DNA of 64,000 nucleotides from the NCBI GenBank assembly GCA_030141605.1, contig JAQGDQ010000825.1, forward strand, positions 1 through 64,000, read 5' to 3'. A program made the position numbers and the translations under genes. Source of the stretch: Tubiluchus corallicola (lineage: Eukaryota > Animalia > Priapulida). The notes under the pieces were generated by a model. It worked only from the letters and a program-made list of their open reading frames with translations. It was not told where the DNA came from and made no database searches. This document shows positions 54,525 to 64,000 of the stretch, piece after piece. Position 1 is the first letter of the stretch. Each line of letters starts with the position of its first letter.

Positions 54525-56157
54525 TTATGCTGCTTTGGGTTTAGACTTGTACGCAAGCCAGCGACACACGGGGCAACAATGATTGTCTCTTGTCAGCCAG
54601 AGATAGATACAATGCCGATGAAATGCGTGGCCGCAAGGCAAACCACAAAGTTCTACAGACGGCAAATACGATTCCAGGCAGATCACGCATTCGTTGCTGG
54701 GTATGACATCGTTCGGGGCTGCAGCATCAATATGTTTACAGCGTGTATCACCACTGCAAACCTTTTTCTTAGATACTTCGATGCCATCATCATCTGAGCT
54801 GCTGGTTTCACTGCAGCTGTTGAGAGTTGTGCCAAATTCACTCCCAGTTTTTACATCAGGTGAACTATCACATTGACATTGCTTACAGATATTAACCGCC
54901 GACTTTTCTAAGCACTGATTTGGTATTTGTAAGAAATGAAAGACTTTTGAGAAAAACCGCAGCACTATCTTTTTCTTCAGCTGTGTTACTGCACTGTCTA
55001 CAATCTTTACTTCATCAACTGGCTTCTCATGTGTGGTTGGTATTTTGCGCAAATGTTTCTGCATTAGACAGGAGGATTCCTTGCAAGTTTTCTTATACTG
55101 CCATACGGGTAGTTTACTAATGTACGCGTGGGAAACAGTGGGTTGTAGCCAGAAATTTGGAACTGCCATGCGCTCGATCAGTAATTCAATGCCTTCCTCC
55201 AAATCCACGTCGGTTCTCATTGGCCGGCTAACGGATGGAGCAACGGGTCGAAACAGATACGGCACATCGGGAAAGCTCCAAGTGAGGTTGCCGATTAATT
55301 CATCTTCATTTCGGTTTCGACTGAAGTACTTGTTGACCGCAAGTCCACACAGCCCGATTAGCACGAACGCGCCGATAGCTAAACCCGGTTGAGTTTTATA
55401 CAAATACAAGTCCCTTCGCAAAAAATTAGCAACATTCGATGCACTACAATACTGAAGACCCCGTAAAGCAAAGCCGAAAACGTACTGTACCGTAGGCAGC
55501 TGGTACACAGCTAATAAAGGTAACCAAGCAAGAATTAACAAAACATTATATTTGACCACTGTCCATGCCAACTGAGCAGTCGAATATAGGAAATTTACGT
55601 GAAACACCAGGAATAATTCAAACCAAGCCAGCAAGTTTGTAATTACCAAGCTAACCAAAAATAAATCGTTCACGCTCGGGTAGAAAGTAGTAATGCAATA
55701 ATACAATGTACTAAAGTCGAATGTTTCGCCAGGCAAAGTTCCATATACAAGTGTTTTGTCACGAGTCACTATTATGTACTGAGGAGGTTTGAGTTCCAAA
55801 CCTCTGATTTTTGTAAGCGAGTGCAAACTGTTCAACTTTAATGCTCCAAACTTTGCTCGTCCGGGAAATTTTACACTTAGAGCGGACATAAACATGGGCA
55901 CTTCGGTCAGTCTGGACGCTAAGATTACCCGGACTTCGGACGCCCTCTCCTCATACTCTAACCAGTCGGAAAAGAGTTGTTTTTCAGACCGTATGAGTTC
56001 TACGCGCGACGCGAGCTGCTTGTTGATCCACGTCATGATGCTCTGAGGTTGCCGAGTGTTGGTGATGGTGTGTAAGGTGACGTTGGCTTTTGCATGGTTA
56101 CCCCTTGGTTGAGCGAGTACGAAACAAGATGAAAGCCAGCCTCGATTCGTACATAAT
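54525..56157 (-). CDS. RNF103: E3 ubiquitin ligase RNF103 (Kf-1), last exon (TM segments and RING-H2)
   Basis: Acceptor 56158-56159; LCTNRGW, FMSALSVKFPGR, VNDLFLVSLVITNLLAW, ECVICLE..LPCGHAFHRHCIYLWL..CCPVCRW align with human RNF103. Confidence 0.94.
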
Positions 56158-57454
56158 CTGAAAACACATAGAAAAACAAGAAAATGAAGATATCACTTAC
56201 AATCTGTAATGCATCACTATTCCAAAACGCTCGGTATATAGTAAGACCTCATTCAATGACAGTAATGTGTTTGTAAAATGTGAATTAAAGCTAAATGAAG
56301 CCAAGTGAATGTGAAGCCATAAATGATGTGAATATATAGGGAAATGGGGCTTTATTCTATTGGTAATCATGACACATGACTGTGTAATCAATAGGACATA
56401 GGTCATGTAAATCTCGTATAATATGAGTTTTGTTGGACATACAGGTGGTACATTATTGTTTCTGGGGGGGGGGGGGGGGTTGTACAAAAATAATGAGTAA
56501 TAGCACATAACAATTTATTAAAGCGCAAGGAAACCCTCTCGTCTCGAAATTTTATACCACTTACATACTGCCTTTTCGCATGTAGGGCTTGCGTTGGTCG
56601 TAACACTGCATAAAACGTGTAAATTTAAACTCCCAAGATGACCATTAGGCGCAGCCATTTTAATGGTAGATCGTTTGAAACAAGTTTAGATAACACTGAG
56701 TAAAGTTTGAAAAAATTATCAGAGCATTCGTAGCGCACACGTTGCTGAGTAAAATTTTAAATTGCTGTATCTTGTCAATAAGATTAAAGATACGTTTTTG
56801 GTTAGTGAGTGGTGCACCCTGGAGGGGGAGTCAGCGACATTTTACCAACTGGCACGGACATTTTAAATGATTAGTCTAGTTACATAAGTGTTTCCAGCAG
56901 GTAAGCGGAGTGCTAAGTAATGTAGATTTGCATGGAAGGTTTTTGGGACATAATTTAACATCGCTTTTTCTTAATTTAAGTTGTGCGTAGGTGACGTCAT
57001 GTAACGGCGTGATTGGAACAGTACTGCGGGAGATTTAAAATGAAAACAAACAAGAATTCCTTTCAACGCGAGTACGATACAATGCATAAAATTGCTGTAA
57101 AGTAATATAATTTTTTAAGGCGATTTTTCTGAAACCTACTTCAGGTTCCCCTTTTCTTGTCCTTTAAATGAAAATACTGCTGAAATAACAGAGAAATTAT
57201 TATGCCCTCAGAACTTAGTGTGACAACTGCAAACGTACAAATCGAAACTTCTGAAACTTAAAATTTTTGCTTACAACTTAATACAAGTTAAAAAATTTGA
57301 CTTGAAATTTTGTATCATTTGCATGCTGTCATACGCGTTCCCATGATGATCGTTATGCGCAGCCGTTTTAACTGTAAATCATTTGAAACAAGTTTAGATA
57401 ACATAGCGCACTCTTCACTAAGCAAAAGTTTCACGTACTTTATATTGTCATTAA

Positions 57455-57917
57455 CATGGATGAGAATGACAAATTGCAAAAAATTCTGAAACAGGCCGGG
57501 GGTTTTGGTGCAATTTTGTGACCATAGAGAACCTCTAAGTGGACTTAAAATATCAATTACCTTGTTTCATGCATAATTTAAAATACCCAACTATCAAGGA
57601 TACATGATACCTAATTGTCTCAAAAACGCTTAAGTACTGGCCGCTCCTATGCAAAAATATATAAAAACTGTCTGCAATTGACTCAAATAACTCCGTACAA
57701 TTGATTCTATAGTTTTATACATAGAGATATACACGTGGTTACACTGATGTACGTGATGTAAATAAACTGACGGCCTGCCAACTAGCGGTCAGCTTGTGAA
57801 ATAATGTACTGGGTCCGTAAAAATTTTCTCAACAAATTTACGTGATTTACAAAAATGGCACTACTGGTCTTCCAAAAACTCGGAATTCCGCGTATCCACT
57901 GAAAATTCTCATCCCTG
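57455..57917 (+). mobile_element. MITE family C, copy 2, nested in an older repeat
   Basis: CATGGATGAGAAT...ATTCTCATCCCTG; 6-bp TSD CATTAA. Confidence 0.88.
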
Positions 57918-58208
57918 CATTAAGACTAATCATGTTTTTTTTTGGTGAGTCAATGGTGCAAACTAGTACGGTGATACAGTGACGTTTTACCAGCTAGTGC
58001 AAACACTATTATTATATTAAAACATTAAATCGTTAAGAATTTCTTTTTCAATTACATAACGATATGAAACAGGTAAGCGTAATGCAAAGTAATATTATAA
58101 CTTTGTATGGAAAGTTTTTCATGATATATTTTCAAATTTCCCTTTCTACTGTTTTAATGAACAAGCCAAAAACACGACTATAGTAGGTTTTGCTACTTGA
58201 TTACATAC

Positions 58209-58357
58209 CTTCTATCCAACTTACAGTCAAATATGCCAGTACGGATACCAAATCGATGCAGTTTATTCGATAACATGTTCCAGTTTGCTTGTCCCATTAA
58301 CAAAGACGACTCAGCTTTGACTTGTACCAACCACATGCTGTCTTTGGTATCTTCCAC
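58209..58357 (-). CDS. RNF103: RNF103 internal exon (149 bp)
   Basis: AG/GT bounded; VEDTKDSMWLVQV...RFGIRTGIFDC vs human VEDTKDGIWLVQV...RFGIRTGTFNC. Confidence 0.92.
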
Positions 58358-59856
58358 CTACATGATAATCATTCAGTGTATAATATATAATATATCAAGT
58401 ATTAGATTATAAAAAGAGCATTTTTATTATTCATATATTTAATAATTTAGAAAAACAAAATCACCACTCTTGTCGCTTATTGTACCGAGTACGCGATTGC
58501 AGTATTATCTGACCCATTTGATTGTCAGTCTACTACAGTAAAGTACTGAATTAGTCTATGCTGCCATCTACAGTCATTGTTTTACTCTAATTGTACAAAG
58601 TTTGTCAGAGATTGATTTTTGTTTCTAAATATTATTTCCTTTTGCTTTGATAGATATTCGTTAATCAGAGTAATTAGATTGTTAATTTCATGCTTTAATT
58701 CTGGTTCTAACCTTCTTATTCAAGTTAAGATAGAGAAAAATTATAACATTATAACACAGCTTTGAGTTCACCCTCAGTTACTGGAGTGAATATTATCTAT
58801 GTTTTACAATAAAAATGACTGCAAATTTCTACAACTCTGCTCCTGTGACTAAATCTGTTGCACTAAACTATAACGTATATAATTTATTGCAAATGATTCC
58901 TACTTGATATGTTGTGTCCTACAAGCCGATTCTTGCACACAAATCATTTACTGATAACGTGAGATAACATTTTTAATAAGGTTTAAAGCAAAAGTCAAGT
59001 CTCTCGAGAAGTTGAGCTTATTCTAATATTTGAGAAAAATGTTAGAAAGTTTCAGCAATGAAATTATGACAAGCGTCTAGTGTAATTAATAATTTCAATT
59101 TATTTCACGCTTGAGCGCGCTCATTTTGGTGAAAAATGGCGTCATCTGGTTACCGTGCAATAAAAACAGTTATTCTGCCAAGTGCTTCAACAATCTTTTT
59201 TGACTTATAGAGCGAACTCTATAAACTAAGTAACCCACCCAGTACCTACTGTATGCTCGCAAGTTTACATGTGTATCTGAAAGTCAACAAAAGTCTGTAA
59301 ATTAATTACATTTACTCAATTAATGTACAGTACTTACACATTTTACAATATAATCCTATGGGTTAAAGCCGTGTAACCACTTTAACCTTGGTCATAATTG
59401 ATCAAATGACTAATTTTTACATAAACACAGTTAAATACAACGCTAGAATAACTGAACTTCTGAGTGAACTGTAGAAATTTCTCAATGCGTACCTTCATCA
59501 CAGCTTGCTTCACAGCATTCACGCTGCCCAGCAGATACCAGCTTACGTCATTTTTTTCAAATATGCCGGCAGCGACATTCGTTTGGCGGGAGATAAAAAA
59601 TATTTAAATTTCTTTAAGCAAAGCATTCTATGCGCATATATTGTGTGGTGATTTCTTGTATATTAAAATGCAGTAAATGTTGCTCGAGGGCTGGTTCTTC
59701 ATTTAACAACTTTTCAGCTAAGGTAACCGAGTGGACAATAAGTTTAAGATGCTTCCATCTAATTGCAGATTTACTTGCATAAGAATATGACATCTATAAT
59801 GGCAAATAATGTTTACATGTTTACCTCTGCTAGGACTAGTGGCATGAGCTTTGAGT

Positions 59857-60723
59857 AATATCATTTGAGTCGTTGACAGCATGCATATCATTTGAGTCGT
59901 TGACAGCATGCATATCATTCGAGTCGTTGACAGCATGCATATCATTCGAGTCGTTGACGGCATGCATATCATTTGAGTCGTTGACAGCATGCATATCATT
60001 TGAGTCGTTGACAGCATGCATATCATTCGAGTCGTTGACGGCATGCATATCATTCGAGTCATTGACAGTATGCATATCATTCGAGTCGTTGACAGCATGC
60101 ATATCATTCGAGTCGTTGACAGCATGCATATCATTTGAGTCGTTGACAGCATGCATATCATTCGAGTCGTTGACAGCATGCATATCATTCGAATCATTGA
60201 CAGCATGCATATCATTCGAGTCATTGACAGCATGCATATCATTTGAGTCATTGACAGCATGCATATCATTTGAGTCGTTGACAGCATGCATATCATTTGA
60301 GTCGTTGACGGCATGCATATCATTTGAGTCATTGACAGCATGCATATCATTTGAGTCGTTGACAGCATGCATATCATTTGAGTCATTGACAGCATGCATA
60401 TCATTTGAGTCGTTGACAGCATGCATATCATTTGAGTCGTTGACAGCATGCATATCATTCGAATCATTGACAGCATGCATATCATTCGAGTCATTGACAG
60501 CATGCATATCATTCGAGTCGTTGACAGCATGCATATCATTTGAGTCGTTGACAGCATGCATATCATTCGAGTCGTTGACAGCATGCATATCATTCGAGTC
60601 GTTGACAGCATGCATATCATTTGAGTCATTGACAGCATGCATATCATTCGAGTCATTGACAGCATGCATATCATTTGAGTCGTTGACAGCATGCATATCA
60701 TTCGAGTCGTTGACAGCATGCAT
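59857..60723. repeat. 27-bp minisatellite (~32 copies) in an RNF103 intron
   Basis: Unit ATCATT(T/C)GAGTC(G/A)TTGACAGCATGCAT. Confidence 0.95.
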
Positions 60724-60952
60724 AGAATTTTGTTCTTTTGCAAGATAGAGAGCAAAACTTCAATAATGCACGCAATTTTTATTTGAATTTTCGGACAAGC
60801 GATACGTGCGCCACCTTTAGAATACTAAAGTAAGTCCAAGCGCCCGTTGACATAAACATTTTTACTCTAAGACAAAATTTCATTTGTAGCAACGCAGTAA
60901 CTAAATTTCAACAGGTATTGACAGCACTTTTCAAGAGGTAGACTAGACTAAC

Positions 60953-61074
60953 CTCCTCGTAGAAGTGGGAACCACATGTGAAGTCGACTGACGAGGATGC
61001 ACGCTCAGATTCTGAAGAGGTGGATGTGGCATCTGAATCAGCCACAGAGTGGAATTCTTCTTCCTTCGTGTCAC
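60953..61074 (-). CDS. RNF103: RNF103 internal exon (122 bp)
   Basis: TTTTCAG/GTTAGT bounded; GDTKEEEF...SSSVDFTCGSHFYEE vs human GDLMEGEL...SSTNFSGEMHFYEL. Confidence 0.9.
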
Positions 61075-61229
61075 CTGAAAACAAAGATGAAAATACAGTA
61101 AAAGATATTCGTAAGTCGAATGCAGGAATGTTAGCTACTGGCAAGATTGGTACAGGTAAATTTGGTATGATCCTTACATACAAGGAATTTTTGGTACTAG
61201 ATAAATCTATTATAAGGAATGTTTGGTAG

Positions 61230-62921
61230 AAGGAAAATATGGTACAAGGAAAGTCTGGTACTAAGAAAATATGGTACAAGGAAAGTCTGGTACTAAGAAA
61301 ATATGGTACAAGGAAAGTCTGGTACTAAGAAAATGTGATTCAAGGAAATTCTGGTACTAAGAAAATATGGTACAAGGAAAGTCTGGTACTAAGAAAATGT
61401 GGTACAAGGAAAGTCTGGTACTAAGAAAATATGGTACAAGGAAAGTGTAGTACTAAGAAAATGTGGTACAAGGAAAGTCTGGTACTAAGAAAATAGGGTA
61501 CAAGGAAAGTGTAGTACTAAGAAAATATGGTACAAGGAAAGTCTGGTACCAAGAAAATATGGTACAAGGAAAGTGTAGTACTAAGAAAATATGGTACAAG
61601 GAAAGTCTGGTACTAAGAAAATGTGATACAAGGAAAGTGTAGTACTAAGAAAATATGGTACAAGGAAAGTCTGGTACTAAGAAAATATGGTACAAGGAAA
61701 GTGTAGTACTAAGAAAATATGGTACAAGGAAAGTCTGGTACTAAGAAAATGTGGTACAAGGAAATTCTGGTACTAAGAAAATATGGTACAAGGAAAGTCT
61801 GGTACTAAGAAAATGTGATACAAGGAAATTCTGGTACTAAGAAAATATGGTACAAGGAAAGTGTAGTACTAAGAAAATGTGATACAAGAAGTCTGGTACT
61901 AAGAAAATGTGATTCAAGGAAATTCTGGTACTAAGAAAATGTGGTACAAGGAAAGTCTGGTACTAAGAAAATATGGTACAAGGAAATTCTGGTACTAAGA
62001 AAATATGGTACAAAGAAAGTCTGGTACTAAGAAAATATGGTACAAGGAAATTCTGGTACTAAGAAAATGTGATTCAAGGAAAGTCTGGTACCAAGAAAAT
62101 ATGGTACAAGGAAAGTGTAGTACTAAGAAAATATGGTACAAGGAAAGTCTGGTACCAAGAAAATATGGTACAAGGAAAGTGTAGTACTAAGAAAATATGG
62201 TACAAGGAAAATCTGGTACTAAGAAAATGTGATTCAAGGAAATTCTGGTACTAAGAAAATATGGTACAAGGAAAGTGTAGTACTAAGAAAATATGGTACA
62301 AGGAAAGTCTGGTACTAAGAAAATGTGATACAAGGAAAGTCTGGTACTAAGAAAATATGGTACAAGGAAAGTCTGGTACTAAGAAAATATGGTACAAGGA
62401 AAATGTAGTACTAAGAAAATATGGTACAAGGAAAGTCTGGTACTAAGAAAATGTGGTACAAGGAAATTCTGGTACTAAGAAAATATGGTACAAGGAAAGT
62501 CTGGTACTAAGAAAATATGGTACAAGGAAATTCTGGTACTAAGAAAATATGGTACAAGGAAAGTCTAGTACTAAGAAAATATGGTACAAGGAAAGTCTAG
62601 TACTAAGAAAATATGGTACAAGGAAAGTCTAGTACTAAGAAAATATGGTACAAGGAAAGTCTAGTACTAAGAAAATATGGTACAAGGAAAGTCTAGTACT
62701 AAGAAAATATGGTACAAGGAAAGTCTAGTACTAAGAAAATATGGTACAAGGAAAGTCTAGTACTAAGAAAATATGGTACAAGGAAAGTCTAGTACTAAGA
62801 AAATGTGATACAAGGAAATTCTGGTACTAAGAAAATATGGTACAAGGAAAGTCTAGTACTAAGAAAATATGGTACAAGGAAAGTCTGGTACTAAGAAAAT
62901 ATGGTACAAGGAAATTCTGGT
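61230..62921. repeat. 32-bp minisatellite (~53 copies), a dimer of two related 16-mers
   Basis: TACAAGGAAAGTCTGG + TACTAAGAAAATATGG. Confidence 0.95.
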
Positions 62922-63085
62922 CTACAAAACTGAGCCAAGTCACTAACTTAACGAAAGTCGTTATTAATATTTAGGTGAATGTAATAACGGTATCACTAAT
63001 TGTGGGAAAGAGGTAGGCAACCATGTTTCAAAAAGGTACAGTGTTCTAAACTTGTGTGCTGCATCTAGGAATCAAACGAACCTAT

Positions 63086-63341
63086 ATTACACTAAAATTG
63101 AATTTACTACTGACTGGTTTCCAACAAACTGTTCATTGTCAAGGCATCTAAAACAAAGAAATTTACCAGAATTTAGAAACAACATCGAAATGCAATTCTG
63201 TAGTTAGATACCCAAATGATATTATGATAAACTATTCTATAGATAATTTAGAAACTTACCTTGCAGATTACATATCTTAGATGCCTTGACAATGAACAGT
63301 TTGTTTGAACCGGTCGGCAATAAATTCAATTCTGGTGTAGT
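63086..63341. repeat. Imperfect inverted repeat (~65-bp arms), MITE-like
   Basis: ...ACAAACTGTTCATTGTCAAGGCATCTAA vs TTAGATGCCTTGACAATGAACAGTTTGT... Confidence 0.75.
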
Positions 63342-63524
63342 TACATCTATTTGCCAAATATGGATGATTGAACCAATATTAGTCCAGTAAATATTTCCAG
63401 GGACTTATAAGCTTATAAACATTGATGTACAGTTCAGGAACTAATACTGCACAACTAAATTCAAAAATAGCATCTTAGCTTTGGATGCCAGATGGCTTGT
63501 ATCAAACATGTGAATACATCATAC

Positions 63525-63659
63525 CAGATGCCTCTACCAGCGAGGCTAGCTCATGTTTCTCAAGAAGACCCTTGTAGCTTATGCCTCTTTGGTCCAGTAA
63601 GAATTTCAGCCATTTAACGCTGAGTGAAAATGGGTCAACGATTCTACCAGCTAAAATAC
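63525..63659 (-). CDS. RNF103: RNF103 exon (135 bp); the upstream start exon is probably outside the window
   Basis: TTATTTTTAG/GTATGA bounded; GILAGRIVDPFSLSVKWLKFLLDQRGISYKGLLEKHELASLVEASG vs human GIFATQLVDPVALSFKKLKTILECRGLGYSGLPEKKDVRELVEKSG. Confidence 0.9.
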
Positions 63660-63832
63660 CTAAAAATAAATCGTGTCCATTCATACATCATAATTTTGGT
63701 TTTGACAATATCATCTGAGTAATGTACACACAATGTTAAACTGCAATATTACTGCAACACGTATTACTTCATACAGACAAAACATTTTAATGGCACTCTA
63801 TCTGCTCCTATAATATTAAGGTAGCTGACTTC

Positions 63833-64000
63833 TTAGTGGTCTAAAAGTGAGGGATATAGCAGTCAAAGTATGAGTTTAACTATAGGAGTTCAGCAGCATT
63901 GAGCCAGGTTGTTAAATGGATGGGTAATTGTGTGGAAAACAGCTTATTAGTGGTCTAAAGGTGAGGCATATAGCAGTCAAAGTATGAGTTTAACTATAGG
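63833..64000. repeat. Direct repeat with period ~114 bp running off the right edge
   Basis: TTAGTGGTCTAAA.GTGAGG.ATATAGCAGTCAAAGTATGAGTTTAACTATAGG at ~63833 and ~63947. Confidence 0.7.

Noticed and set aside
63660-63684. ATG at 63684 as the RNF103 start
   Set aside because: MNGHDLFL does not resemble the hydrophobic RNF103 N-terminus and overlaps a good splice acceptor at 63660-63661

Overview
AT-rich animal (probably invertebrate) genomic DNA with spliceosomal genes and many minisatellites, MITEs and LINE remnants. It contains no prokaryotic features and no CRISPR array. Five protein-coding genes were reconstructed by hand. (1) BIN3, minus strand, 10 small coding exons at 402-17091, almost invisible in the ORF track. 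(2) ADO (cysteamine dioxygenase), plus strand, intronless CDS. (3) An EGR/Krox zinc-finger gene, minus strand, with exon 1 at ~41.1-41.4 kb, a 14.7 kb intron, and the zinc-finger exon at 25.0-26.4 kb. (4) NRBF2, plus strand, 3 coding exons. (5) RNF103, minus strand, whose 5' end probably lies beyond the window. The order BIN3(-) ADO(+) EGR(-) NRBF2(+) RNF103(-) joins neighbours that are split among the human EGR2, EGR3 and chromosome 2p paralogous regions, so it looks like an ancestral pre-duplication EGR cluster. The EGR locus has an immediate-early-type distal promoter (three perfect CArG boxes, CRE-like sites, Capicua octamers), a candidate second promoter with an alternative first coding exon, and near-perfect intronic hairpins. 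All homology calls come from recalled protein sequences, not from database searches.
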